Shown here: positions 27,074 through 42,000 of the stretch, piece by piece
Layout: every line of letters starts with the position of its first letter
Numbering within the stretch: the first letter of the stretch is position 1
Notes under the pieces: generated by a model
What the model was told of the DNA's origin: nothing
The model's input: the letters and a program-made list of their open reading frames with translations, nothing else
Database searches by the model: none
Assembly: GCA_964016885.1 (NCBI GenBank)
Contig: OZ024741.1
Span: forward strand, 411,184,001-411,248,000
From: Eledone cirrhosa
Taxonomy: Eukaryota
Direction of reading: 5' to 3'
DNA length: 64,000 bases
Made by a program: the position numbers and the translations under genes

Positions 27074-30000
27074 CTGTAGGAATAAAGGACATTAGCTTTA
27101 TAACTGGAGTCATACTAGCTGTAGGAATAAAGGACATTAGCTTTATAACTGGAGTCATACTAGCTGTAGGAATAAAGAGGACAGCTTTATAACTGGAGTC
27201 ATACTAGCTGTAGGAATAAAGAGGACAGCTTTATAACTGGGGTCATACTAGCTGTAGGAATAAAGAGGACAGCTATATAACTGGAGTCATACTAGCTGTA
27301 GGAATAAAGAGGACAGCTTTATAACTGGGGTCATACTAGTTGTAGGAATAAAGAGGACAGCTTTATAACTGGGGTCATACTAGCTGTAGGAATAAAGAGG
27401 ACAGCTTTATAACTGGGGTCATACTAGTTGTAGGAATAAAGAGGACAGCTTTATAACTGGGGTCATACTAGCTGTAGGAATAAAGAGGACAGCTTTATAA
27501 CTGGGGTCATACTAGCTGTAGGAATAAAGAGGACAGCTTTATAACTGGGGTCATAATAGCTGTAGGAATAAAGAGGACAGCTTTATAACTGGGGTCATAC
27601 TAGCTGTAGGAATAAAGAGGACAGCTTTATAACTGTGGTCATACTAGCTGTAGGAATAGAGAGGACAGCTTTATAACTGGGGTCATACTAGCTGTAGGAA
27701 TAAAGAGGACAGCTTTATAACTGGGGTCATACTAGCTGTAGGAATAAAGAGGACAGCTTTATAACTGGGGTCATACTATTTGTAGGAATAAAGAGGACAG
27801 CTTTATAACTGGAGTCATACTAGATGTAGGAATAAAGAGGACAGCTTTATAACTGGGGTCATACTAGTTGTAGGAATAAAGAGGACAGCTTTAAAACTGG
27901 GGTCATACTAGCTGTAGGAATAAAGAGGACAGCTTTCTAACTGGGGTCATACTGGGTGTAGGAATAAAGGACATTAGCTTTATAACTAGGGTCATACTAG
28001 CTATAGGAATAAAGAGGACAGCTTTATAACTGGGGTCATACTAGTTGTAGGAATAAAGAGGACAGCTTTATAACTGGGGTCATACTAGCTGTAGGAATAA
28101 AGAGGACAGCTTTATAACTGGGCTCATACTAGGTGTAGGAATAAAGAGGACAGCTTTATAACTGGGGTCATACTAGCTGTAGGAATAAAGAGGACAGCTT
28201 TATAACTGGGGTCATACTAGATGTAGGAATAAAGAGGACAGCTTTATAACTGGGGTCATACTAGCTGTAGGAATAAAGAGGACAGCTTTCTAACTGGGGT
28301 CATACTAGGTGTAGGAATAAAGAGGACAGCTTTATAACTGGGGTCATACTAGCTGTAGGAATAAAGAGGACAGCTTTATAACTGGGGTCATACTAGTTGT
28401 AGGAATAAAGAGGACAGCTTTAAAACTGGGGTCATACTAGCTGTAGGAATAAAGAGGACAGCTTTCTAACTGGGGTCATACTGGGTGTAGGAATAAAGAG
28501 GACAGCTTTATAACTGGGGTCATGCTAGCTGTAGGAATAAAGAGGACAGCTTTATAACTGGGGTTTTACTAGTTGTAGGAATAAAGGACATTAGCTTTAT
28601 ACCTGAGGTCATACTAGCTGTAGGAATAAAGAGGACAGCTTTATAACTGTGGTCATACTAGCTGTAGGAATAAAGAGGACAGCTTTATAACTGGGGTCAT
28701 ACTAGGTGTAGGAATAGAGAGGACAGCTTTATAACTGGGGTCATACTAGATGTAGGAATAAAGAGGACAGCTTTATAACTGGGGTCATATTAGTGTAGGA
28801 ATAGAGAGGACAGCTTTATAACTGGGGTCATACTAGCTGTAAAAATAAAGAGGACAGCTTTATAACTGGGGTCATACTAGTAGTAGGAATAGAGAGGACA
28901 GCTTTATAACTGGGGTCATACTAGCTGTAGGAATAAAGAGGACAGCTTTATAACTGGGGTCATACTAGTTGTAGGAATAAAGGACATTAGCTTTATAACT
29001 GGGGTCATACTAGATGTAGGAATAAAGAGGACAGCTTTATAACTGGGGTCATACTAGCTGTAGGAATAGAGAGGACAGCTTTATAACTGGGGTCATACTA
29101 GTTGTAGGAATAGAGAGGACAGCTTTATAACTGGGGTCATACTAGTTGTAGGAATAGAGAGGACAGCTTTATAACTGGGGTCATAATAGCTGTAGGAATA
29201 AAGGACATTAGCTTTATAACTGGGGTCATACTAGGTGTAGGAATAGAGAGGACAGCTCTATAACTGGGGTCATACTAGATGTAGGAATAAAGAGGACAGC
29301 TTTATAACTGGGGTCATACTAGCTGTAGGAATAAAGAGGACAGCTTTATAACTGGGGTCATACTAGTTGTAGGAATAGAGGGGACAGCTTTATAACTGGG
29401 GTCATAGTAGCTGTAGGAATAAAGAGGACAGCTTTATAACTGGGGTCATACTAGATGTAGGAATAAAGAGGACAGCTTTATAACTGGGGTCATACTAGTT
29501 GTAGGAATAGAGAGGACAGCTTTATAACTGGGGTCATACTAGCTGTAGGAATAAAGGACATTAGCTTTATAACTGGGGTCATACTAGCTGTAGGAATAAA
29601 GAGGACAGCTTTATAACTGGGGTCATACTAGCTGTAGGAATAAAGAGGACAGCTTTATAACTGGGGTCATACTAGCTGTAAGAATAAAGGGGACAGCTTT
29701 ATAACTGGGGTCATACTAGCTGTAGGAAGAAAGAGGACAGCTTTATAACTGGGGTCATAGTAGTGTAGGAATAGACAGGACAGCTTTATAACTGGGGTCA
29801 TAGTAGCTGTAAGAATAAAGAAGACAGATTTATAACTGGGGTCATACTAGCTGTAGGAATAAAGGACATTAGCTTTATAACTGGGGTCATACTAGCTGTA
29901 GGAATAAAGAGGACAGCTTTATAACTGGGGTCATAGTAGCTGTAGGAATAAAGAGGACAGCTTTATAACTTGGGTCATACTAGTGTAGGAATAGAGAGGA

Positions 30001-33000
30001 CAGCTTTATAACTGGGGTCATACTAGCTGTAGGAATAAAGAGGACAGCTTTCTAACTGGGGTCATACTGGGTGTAGGAATAAAGAGGACAGCTTTATAAC
30101 TGGGGTCATACTAGCTGTAGGAATAAAGAGGACAGCTTTATAACTGGGGTCATACTAGTTGTAGGAATAAAGGACATTAGCTTTATACCTGAGGTCATAC
30201 TAGCTGTAGGAATAAAGAGGACAGCTTTATAACTGTGGTCATACTAGCTGTAGGAATAAAGAGGACAGCTTAATAACTGGGGTCATACTAGCTGTAGGAA
30301 TAAAGAGGACAGCTTTCTAACTGGGGTCATACTAGATGTAGGAATAAAGAGGACAGCTTTATAACTGGGGTCATATTAGTGTAGGAATAAAGAGGACAGC
30401 TTTATAACTGGGGTCATACTAGTTGTAGGAATAAAGGACATTAGCTTTATACCTGAGGTCATACTAGCTGTAGGAATAAGGAGGACAGCTTTATAACTGG
30501 GGTCATACTAGTAGTAGGAATAGAGAGGACAGCTTTATAACTGGGGTCATACTAGCTGTAGGAATAAAGAGGACAGCTTTATAACTGGGGTCATACTAGT
30601 TGTAGGAATAAAGGACATTAGCTTTATAACTGGGGTCATACTAGATGTAGGAATAAAGAGGACAGCTTTATAACTGGGGTCATACTAGCTGTAGGAATAG
30701 AGAGGACAGCTTTATAACTGGGGTCATACTAGTTGTAGGAATAGAGAGGACAGCTTTATAACTGGGGTCATACTAGTTGTAGGAATAGAGAGGACAGCTT
30801 TATAACTGGGGTCATACTAGCTGTAGGAATAAAGGACATTAGCTTTATAACTGGGGTCATACTAGGTGTAGGAATAGAGAGGACAGCTTTATAACTGGGG
30901 TCATACTAGATGTAGGAATAAAGAGGACAGCTTTATAACTGGGGTCATACTAGCTGTAGGAATAAAGAGGACAGCTTTATAACTGGGGTCATACTAGTTG
31001 TAGGAATAGAGAGGACAGCTTTATAACTGGGGTCATAGTAGCTGTAGGAATAAAGAGGACAGCTTTATAACTGGGGTCATACTAGATGTAGGAATAAAGA
31101 GGACAGCTTTATAACTGGGGTCATACTAGTTGTAGGAATAGAGAGGACAGCTTTATAACTGGGGTCATACTAGCTGGAGGAATAAAGGACATTAGCTTTA
31201 TAACTGGGGTCATACTAGCTGTAGGAATAAAGAGGACAGCTTTATAACTGGGGTCATACTAGCTGTAGGAATAAAGAGGACAGATTTATAACTGGGGTCA
31301 TACTAGCTGTAAGAATAAAGAGGACAGCTTTATAAGTGGAGTCATACTAGGTGTAGGAATAAAGAGGACAGCTTTATAACTGGGGTCATACTAGCTGTAA
31401 GAATAAAGGGGACAGCTTTATAACTGGGGTCATACTAGCTGTAGGAAGAAAGAGGACAGCTTTATAACTGGGGTCATAGTAGTGTAGGAATAGACAGGAC
31501 AGCTTTATAACTGGGGTCATAGTAGCTGTAAGAATAAAGAGGACAGATTTATAACTGGGGTCATACTAGCTGTAGGAATAAAGGACATTAGCTTTATAAC
31601 TGGGGTCATACTAGCTGTAGGAATAAAGAGGACAGCTTTATAACTGGGGTCATAGTAGCTGTAGGAATAAAGAGGACAGCTTTATAACTTAGGTCATACT
31701 AGTGTAGGAATAGAGAGGACAGCTTTATAACTGGGGTCATACTAGCTGTAGGAATAAAGAGGACAGCTTTATAACTGGGGTCATACTAGCTGTAGGAATA
31801 AAGAGGACAGCTTTATAACTGGGGTCATACTAGTGTAGGAATAGAGAGGACAGCTTTATAACTGGGGTCATACTAGCTGTAGGAATAAAGAGGACAGCTT
31901 TATAACTGGGGTCATACTAGCTGTAGGAAGAAAGAGGACAGCTTTATTACTGGGGTCATACTAGTTGTAGGAATAAAGAGGACAGCTTTATAACTGGGGT
32001 CATACTAGTTGTAGGCATAAAGAGGACAGCTTTATAACTGGGGTCATACTAGTTGTAGGAATAAAGAGGACAGCTTTATAACTGGGGGTCATACTAGATG
32101 TAGGAATAAAGAGGACAGCTTTATAACTGGGGTCATACTAGCTGTAGGAATAAAGAGGACAGCTTTCTAACTGGGGTCATACTAGGTGTAGGAATAAAGA
32201 GGACAGCTTTATAACTGGGGTCATACTAGCTGTAGGAATAAAGAGGACAGCTTTATAACTGGGGTCATACTAGTTGTAGGAATAAAGAGGACAGATTTAT
32301 AACTGGGGTCATACTAGCTGTAGGAATAAAGAGGACAGCTTTCTAACTGAGCTCATACTAGGTGTAGGAATAAAGAGGACAGCTTTATAACTGGGGTCAT
32401 ACTAGGTGTAGGAATAAAGAGGACAGCTTTATAACTGGGGTCATACTAGTTGTAGGAATAAAGGACATTAGCTTTATACCTGAGGTCATACTAGCTATAG
32501 GAATAAAGAGGACAGCTTTATAACTGGGGTCATACTAGTTGTAGGAATAAAGAGGACAGCTTTATAACTGGGGTCATACTAGCTGTAGGAATAAAGAGGA
32601 CAGCTTTATAACTTGGGTCATACTAGTGTAGGAATAAAGGACATTAGCTTTATAACTGGGGTCATACTAGCTGTAGGAATAAAGAGGACAGCTTTATAAC
32701 TGGGGTCATAGTAGCTGTAGGAATAAAGAGGACAGCTTTATAACTTGGGTCATACTAGTGTAGGAATAGAGAGGACAGCTTTATAACTGGGGTCATACTA
32801 GCTGTAGGAATAAAGAGGACAGCTTTATAACTGGGGTCATACTAGCTGTAGGAATAAAGAGGACAGCTTTATAACTGGGGTCATACTAGTGTAGGAATAG
32901 AGAGGACAGCTTTATAACTGGGGTCATACTAGCTGTAGGAATAAAGAGGACAGCTTTATAACTGGGGTCATACTAGCTGTAGGAAGAAAGAGGACAGCTT

Positions 33001-36000
33001 TATTACTGGGGTCATACTAGTTGTAGGAATAAAGAGGACAGCTTTATAACTGGGGTCATACTAGTTGTAGGCATAAAGAGGACAGCTTTATAACTGGGGT
33101 CATACTAGTTGTAGGAATAAAGAGGACAGCTTTATAACTGGGGGTCATACTAGATGTAGGAATAAAGAGGACAGCTTTATAACTGGGGTCATACTAGCTG
33201 TAGGAATAAAGAGGACAGCTTTCTAACTGGGGTCATACTAGGTGTAGGAATAAAGAGGACAGCTTTATAACTGGGGTCATACTAGCTGTAGGAATAAAGA
33301 GGACAGCTTTATAACTGGGGTCATACTAGTTGTAGGAATAAAGAGGACAGATTTATAACTGGGGTCATACTAGCTGTAGGAATAAAGAGGACAGCTTTCT
33401 AACTGGGCTCATACTAGGTGTAGGAATAAAGAGGACAGCTTTATAACTGGGGTCATACTAGGTGTAGGAATAAAGAGGACAGCTTTATAACTGGGGTCAT
33501 ACTAGTTGTAGGAATAAAGGACATTAGCTTTATACCTGAGGTCATACTAGCTATAGGAATAAAGAGGACAGCTTTATAACTGGGGTCATACTAGTTGTAG
33601 GAATAAAGAGGACAGCTTTATAACTGGGGTCATACTAGCTGTAGGAATAAAGAGGACAGCTTTATAACTGGGCTCATACTAGGTGTAGGAATAAAGAGGA
33701 CAGCTTTATAACTGGGGTCATACTAGCTGTAGGAATAAAGAGGACAGCTTTATAACTGGGGTAATACTAGATGTAGGAATAAAGAGGACAGCTTTATAAC
33801 TGGGGTCATACTAGCTGTAGGAATAAAGAGGACAGCTTTCTAACTGGGGTCATACTAGGTGTAGGAATAAAGAGGACAGCTTTATAACTGGGGTCATACT
33901 AGCTGTAGGAATAAAGAGGACAGCTTTATAACTGGGGTCATACTAGTTGTAGGAATAAAGAGGACAGCTTTAAAACTGGGGTCATACTAGCTGTAGGAAT
34001 AAAGAGGACAGCTTTCTAACTGGGGTCATACTAGCTGTAGGAATAAAGAGGACAGCTTTATAACTGGGGTCATACTAGCTGTAGGAATAAAGAGGACAGC
34101 TTTCTAACTGGGGTCATACTAGGTGTAGGAATAAAGAGGACAGCTTTATAACTGGGGTCATACTAGCTGTAGGAATAAAGAGGACAGCTTTATAACTGGG
34201 GTCATACTAGCTGTAGGAATATAGAGGACAGCTTTATAACTGGGGTCATACTAGCTGTAGGAATAAAAAGGACAGCTTTATAACTGGGGTCATACTAGCT
34301 GTAGGCACAGGACAGCTTTATAACTGGGGTCATACTAGCTATAGGAAGAGGACAGCTTTATAACTGGGGTCATACTAGCTGTAGGAAGAGGACAGCTTTA
34401 TAACTGGGGTCATACTAGGTGTAGGAATAGAGAGGACAGCTTTATAACTGGGGTCATACTAGATGTAGGAATAAAGAGGACAGCTTTATAACTGGGGTCA
34501 TACTAGCTGTAGGAAGAAAGAGGACAGCTTTATAACTGGGGTCATAGTAGTGTAGGAATAGACAGGACAGCTTTATAACTGGGGTCATAGTAGCTGTAAG
34601 AATAAAGAGGACAGATTTATAACTGGGGTCATACTAGCTGTAGGAATAAAGGACATTAGCTTTATAACTGGGGTCATACTAGCTGTAGGAATAAAGAGGA
34701 CAGCTTTATAACTGGGGTCATAGTAGCTGTAGGAATAAAGAGGACAGCTTTATAACTTGGGTCATACTAGTGTAGGAATAGAGAGGACAGCTTTATAACT
34801 GGGGTCATACTAGCTGTAGGAATAAAGAGGACAGCTTTATAACTGGGGTCATACTAGCTGTAGGAATAAAGAGGACAGCTTTATAACTGGGGTAATACTA
34901 GCTGTAGGAATAAAGAGGACAGCTTTATAACTGGGGTCATACTAGCTGTAGGAAGAAAGAGGACAGCTTTATTACTGGGGTCATACTAGTTGTAGGAATA
35001 AAGAGGACAGCTTTATAACTGGGGTCATACTAGTTGTAGGCATAAAGAGGACAGCTTTATAACTGGGGTCATACTAGTTTTAGGAATAAAGAGGACAGCT
35101 TTATAACTGGGGTCATACTAGATGTAGGAATAAAGAGGACAGCTTTATAACTGGGGTCATACTAGCTGTAGGAATAAAGAGGACAGCTTTCTAACTGGGG
35201 TCATACTAGGTGTAGGAATAAAGAGGACAGCTTTATAACTGGGGTCATACTAGCTGTAGGAATAAAGAGGACAGCTTTATAACTGGGGTCATACTAGTTG
35301 TAGGAATAAAGAGGACAGATTTATAACTGGGGTCATACTAGCTGTAGGAATAAAGAGGACAGCTTTCTAACTGGGCTCATACTAGGTGTAGGAATAAAGA
35401 GGACAGCTTTATAACTGGGGTCATACTAGGTGTAGGAATAAAGAGGACAGCTTTATAACTGGGGTCATACTAGTTGTAGGAATAAAGGACATTAGCTTTA
35501 TACCTGAGGTCATACTAGCTATAGGAATAAAGAGGACAGCTTTATAACTGGGGTCATACTAGTTGTAGGAATAAAGAGGACAGCTTTATAACTGGGGTCA
35601 TACTAGCTGTAGGAATAAAGAGGACAGCTTTATAACTGGGCTCATACTAGGTGTAGGAATAAAGAGGACAGCTTTATAACTGGGGTCATACTAGCTGTAG
35701 GAATAAAGAGGACAGCTTTATAACTGGGGTCATACTAGATGTAGGAATAAAGAGGACAGCTTTATAACTGGGGTCATACTAGCTGTAGGAATAAAGAGGA
35801 CAGCTTTCTAACTGGGGTCATACTAGGTGTAGGAATAAAGAGGACAGCTTTATAACTGGGGTCATACTAGCTGTAGGAATAAAGAGGACAGCTTTATAAC
35901 TGGGGTCATACTAGTTGTAGGAATAAAGAGGACAGCTTTAAAACTGGGGTCATACTAGCTGTAGAAATAAAGAGGACAGCTTTCTAACTGGGGTCATACT

Positions 36001-39000
36001 GGGTGTAGGAATAAAGAGGACAGCTTTATCACTGGGGTCATGCTAGCTGTAGGAATAAAGAGGACAGCTTTATAACTGGGGTCATACTAGTTGTAGGAAT
36101 AAAGGACATTAGCTTTATACCTGAGGTCATACTAGCTGTAGGAATAAAGAGGACAGCTTTATAACTGTGGTCATACTAGCTGTAGGAATAAAGAGGACAG
36201 CTTTATAACTGGGGTCATACTAGGTGTAGGAATAAAGAGGGCAGCTTTATAACTGGGGTCATACTAGCTGTAGGAATACAGACAGCTTTATAACTGGGGT
36301 CATAGTAGCTGTAGGAATAGAGAGGACAGCTTTCTAACTGGGATCATACTAGTTGTAGGAATAAAGAGGACAGCTTTATAACTGGGGTCATACTAGCTGT
36401 AAGAATAAAGAGGACAGCTTTATAACTGGGGTCATGCTAGATGTAGGAATAGAGAGGACAGCTTTATAACTGGGGTCATACTAGCTGTAAGAATAAAGAG
36501 GACAGCTTTATAACTGAGGTCATACTAGCTGTAAGAATAAAGAGGACAGCTTTATAACTGGGGTCATACTAGCTGTAGGAATAAAGAGGACAGCTTTATA
36601 ACTGGGGTCATACTAGCTGTAGGAATAAAGAGGACAGCTTTATAACTGGGGTCATACTAGCTGTAGGAATAAAGAGGACAGCTTTATAACTGGGGTCATA
36701 CTAGTTGTAGGAATAAAGAGGACAGCTTTATAACTGGGGTCATACTAGCTGTAGGAATAAAGCGGACAGCTTTATAACTGGGGTCATACTAGCTGTAAGA
36801 ATAAAGAGGACAGCTTTATAACTGGGGTCATACTAGTTGTAGAAATAAAGAGAACAGCTTTATAACTGGGGTCATACTAGATGTAGGTATAAAGAGGACA
36901 GCTTTATAACTGGGGTCATACTAGTTGTAGGAATAAAGGGGACAGCTTTATAACTGGGGTCATACTAGTTGTAGGAATAAAGAGGACAGCTTTATAACTG
37001 GGGTCATACTAGGTGTAGGAATAAAGAGGACAGCTTTATAACTGTGGTCATACTAGCTGTAGGAATAAAGAGGACAGCTTTATAACTGAGGTCATACTAG
37101 CTGTAGTAATAAAGAGGACAGCTTTATAACTGGGGTCATACTAGCTGTAGGAATAAAGAGGACAGCTTTATAACTGGGGTCATACTAGCTGTAGGAAGAG
37201 GACAGCTTTATAACTGGGGTCATACTAGCTGTAGGAATAAAGAGGACAGCTTTATAACTGTGGTCATACAAGCTGTAGGAATAAAGAGGACAGCTTTATA
37301 ACTGGGGTCATACTAGCTGTAGGAATAAAGAAGACAGCTTTATAACTGGGGTCATAGTAGCTGTAGGAATAAAGAAGCTTTATAACTGGGGTCATACTAG
37401 CTGTAGGAATAAAGAGGACAGCTTTATAACTGGGGTCATACTAGCTGTAGGAATAAAGAGGACAGCTTTATAGCTGGGGTCATAGTAGCTGTAGGAATAA
37501 AGAGGACAGCTTTATAACTGGGGTCATAGTAGCTGTAAGAATAAAGAGGACAGCTTTATAACTGGGGTCATAGTAGCTGTAGGAATAAAGAGGACAGCTT
37601 TATAACTGGGGTCATACTAGTGTAGGAATATAAAGGACAGCTTTATAACTGGGGTCATACTAGCTGTAAGAATAAAGAGGACAGCTTTATAACTGCGGTC
37701 ATACTAGTTGTAGGAATAAAGAGGACAGCTTTATAACTGGGGTCATACTAGCTGTAGGAATAAAGAGGACAGCTTTATAACTGGGGTCATACTAGTTGTA
37801 GGAATAAAGAGGACAGCTTTATAACTGGGGTCATACTAGCTGTAGGAATAAAGAGGACAGCTTTATAACTGGGGTCATACTAGTTGTAGGAATAAAGAGG
37901 ACAGCTTTATAACTGGGGTCATACTAGCTGTAGGAATAAAGAGGACAGCTTTATAACTGGGGTCATACTAGTTGTAGGAATAAAGAGGACAGCTTTATAA
38001 CTGGAGTCATACTAGATGTAGGAATAAAGAGGACAGCTTTATAACTGGGGTCATACTAGCTGTAGGAATAAAGAGGACAGCTTTATAACTGGGCTCATAC
38101 TAGGTCTAGGAATAAAGAGGACAGCTTTATAACTGGGGTCATACTAGCTGTAGGAATAAAGAGGACAGCTTTATAACTGGGGTCATACTAGATGTAGGAA
38201 TAAAGAGGACAGCTTTATAACTGGGGTCATACTAGCTGTAGGAATAAAGAGGACAGCTTTCTAACTGGGGTCATACTAGGTGTAGGAATAAAGAGGACAG
38301 CTTTATAACTGGGGTCATACTAGCTGTAGGAATAAAGAGGACAGCTTTATAACTGGGGTCATACTAGTTGTAGGAATAAAGAGGACAGCTTTAAAACTGG
38401 GGTCATACTAGCTGTAGGAATAAAGAGGACAGCTTTCTAACTGGGGTCATACTGGGTGTAGGAATAAAGAGGACAGCTTTATAACTGGGGTCATGCTAGC
38501 TGTAGGAATAAAGAGGACAGCTTTATAACTGGGGTTTTACTAGTTGTAGGAATAAAGGACATTAGCTTTATACCTGAGGTCATACTAGGTGTAGGAATAG
38601 AGAGGACAGCTTTATAACTGGGGTCATACTAGATGTAGGAATAAAGAGGACAGCTTTATAACTGGGGTCATATTAGTGTAGGAATAGAGAGGACAGCTTT
38701 ATAACTGGGGTCATACTAGCTGTAAAAATAAAGAGGACAGCTTTATAACTGGGGTCATACTAGTAGTAGGAATAGAGAGGACAGCTTTATAACTGGGGTC
38801 ATACTAGCTGTAGGAATAAAGAGGACAGCTTTATAACTGGGGTCATACTAGTTGTAGGAATAAAGGACATTAGCTTTATAACTGGGGTCATACTAGCTGT
38901 AGGAATAAAGAGGACAGCTTTCTAACTGGGGTCATACTAGCTGTAGGAATAAAGAGGACAGCTTTATAACTGGGGTCATACTAGCTGTAGGAATAAAGAG

Positions 39001-42000
39001 GACAGCTTTCTAACTGGGGTCATACTAGGTGTAGGAATAAAGAGGACAGCTTTATAACTGGGGTCATACTAGCTGTAGGAATAAAGAGGACAGCTTTATA
39101 ACTGGGGTCATACTAGCTGTAGGAATATAGAGGACAGCTTTATAACTGGGGTCATACTAGCTGTAGGAATAAAAAGGACAGCTTTATAACTGGGGTCATA
39201 CTAGCTGTAGGCACAGGACAGCTTTATAACTGGGGTCATACTAGCTATAGGAAGAGGACAGCTTTATAACTGGGGTCATACTAGCTGTAGGAAGAGGACA
39301 GCTTTATAACTGGGGTCATACTAGGTGTAGGAATAGAGAGGACAGCTTTATAACTGGGGTCATACTAGATGTAGGAATAAAGAGGACAGCTTTATAACTG
39401 GGGTCATACTAGCTGTAGGAAGAAAGAGGACAGCTTTATAACTGGGGTCATAGTAGTGTAGGAATAGACAGGACAGCTTTATAACTGGGGTCATAGTAGC
39501 TGTAAGAATAAAGAGGACAGATTTATAACTGGGGTCATACTAGCTGTAGGAATAAAGGACATTAGCTTTATAACTGGGGTCATACTAGCTGTAGGAATAA
39601 AGAGGACAGCTTTATAACTGGGGTCATAGTAGCTGTAGGAATAAAGAGGACAGCTTTATAACTTGGGTCATACTAGTGTAGGAATAGAGAGGACAGCTTT
39701 ATAACTGGGGTCATACTAGCTGTAGGAATAAAGAGGACAGCTTTATAACTGGGGTCATACTAGCTGTAGGAATAAAGAGGACAGCTTTATAACTGGGGTA
39801 ATACTAGCTGTAGGAATAAAGAGGACAGCTTTATAACTGGGGTCATACTAGCTGTAGGAAGAAAGAGGACAGCTTTATTACTGGGGTCATACTAGTTGTA
39901 GGAATAAAGAGGACAGCTTTATAACTGGGGTCATACTAGTTGTAGGCATAAAGAGGACAGCTTTATAACTGGGGTCATACTAGTTTTAGGAATAAAGAGG
40001 ACAGCTTTATAACTGGGGTCATACTAGATGTAGGAATAAAGAGGACAGCTTTATAACTGGGGTCATACTAGCTGTAGGAATAAAGAGGACAGCTTTCTAA
40101 CTGGGGTCATACTAGGTGTAGGAATAAAGAGGACAGCTTTATAACTGGGGTCATACTAGCTGTAGGAATAAAGAGGACAGCTTTATAACTGGGGTCATAC
40201 TAGTTGTAGGAATAAAGAGGACAGATTTATAACTGGGGTCATACTAGCTGTAGGAATAAAGAGGACAGCTTTCTAACTGGGCTCATACTAGGTGTAGGAA
40301 TAAAGAGGACAGCTTTATAACTGGGGTCATACTAGGTGTAGGAATAAAGAGGACAGCTTTATAACTGGGGTCATACTAGTTGTAGGAATAAAGGACATTA
40401 GCTTTATACCTGAGGTCATACTAGCTATAGGAATAAAGAGGACAGCTTTATAACTGGGGTCATACTAGTTGTAGGAATAAAGAGGACAGCTTTATAACTG
40501 GGGTCATACTAGCTGTAGGAATAAAGAGGACAGCTTTATAACTGGGCTCATACTAGGTGTAGGAATAAAGAGGACAGCTTTATAACTGGGGTCATACTAG
40601 CTGTAGGAATAAAGAGGACAGCTTTATAACTGGGGTCATACTAGATGTAGGAATAAAGAGGACAGCTTTATAACTGGGGTCATACTAGCTGTAGGAATAA
40701 AGAGGACAGCTTTCTAACTGGGGTCATACTAGGTGTAGGAATAAAGAGGACAGCTTTATAACTGGGGTCATACTAGCTGTAGGAATAAAGAGGACAGCTT
40801 TATAACTGGGGTCATACTAGTTGTAGGAATAAAGAGGACAGCTTTAAAACTGGGGTCATACTAGCTGTAGAAATAAAGAGGACAGCTTTCTAACTGGGGT
40901 CATACTGGGTGTAGGAATAAAGAGGACAGCTTTATCACTGGGGTCATGCTAGCTGTAGGAATAAAGAGGACAGCTTTATAACTGGGGTCATACTAGTTGT
41001 AGGAATAAAGGACATTAGCTTTATACCTGAGGTCATACTAGCTGTAGGAATAAAGAGGACAGCTTTATAACTGTGGTCATACTAGCTGTAGGAATAAAGA
41101 GGACAGCTTTATAACTGGGGTCATACTAGGTGTAGGAATAAAGAGGGCAGCTTTATAACTGGGGTCATACTAGCTGTAGGAATACAGACAGCTTTATAAC
41201 TGGGGTCATAGTAGCTGTAGGAATAGAGAGGACAGCTTTCTAACTGGGATCATACTAGTTGTAGGAATAAAGAGGACAGCTTTATAACTGGGGTCATACT
41301 AGCTGTAAGAATAAAGAGGACAGCTTTATAACTGGGGTCATGCTAGATGTAGGAATAGAGAGGACAGCTTTATAACTGGGGTCATACTAGCTGTAAGAAT
41401 AAAGAGGACAGCTTTATAACTGAGGTCATACTAGCTGTAAGAATAAAGAGGACAGCTTTATAACTGGGGTCATACTAGCTGTAGGAATAAAGAGGACAGC
41501 TTTATAACTGGGGTCATACTAGCTGTAGGAATAAAGAGGACAGCTTTATAACTGGGGTCATACTAGCTGTAGGAATAAAGAGGACAGCTTTATAACTGGG
41601 GTCATACTAGTTGTAGGAATAAAGAGGACAGCTTTATAACTGGGGTCATACTAGCTGTAGGAATAAAGCGGACAGCTTTATAACTGGGGTCATACTAGCT
41701 GTAAGAATAAAGAGGACAGCTTTATAACTGGGGTCATACTAGTTGTAGAAATAAAGAGAACAGCTTTATAACTGGGGTCATACTAGATGTAGGTATAAAG
41801 AGGACAGCTTTATAACTGGGGTCATACTAGTTGTAGGAATAAAGGGGACAGCTTTATAACTGGGGTCATACTAGTTGTAGGAATAAAGAGGACAGCTTTA
41901 TAACTGGGGTCATACTAGGTGTAGGAATAAAGAGGACAGCTTTATAACTGTGGTCATACTAGCTGTAGGAATAAAGAGGACAGCTTTATAACTGAGGTCA

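Noticed and set aside
26961-27158. 65-aa ORF as a stand-alone gene
   Set aside because: Its ATG lies in a satellite monomer and its stop is the TAA of the GTAAGT donor; it is better explained as an internal CDC23 exon.
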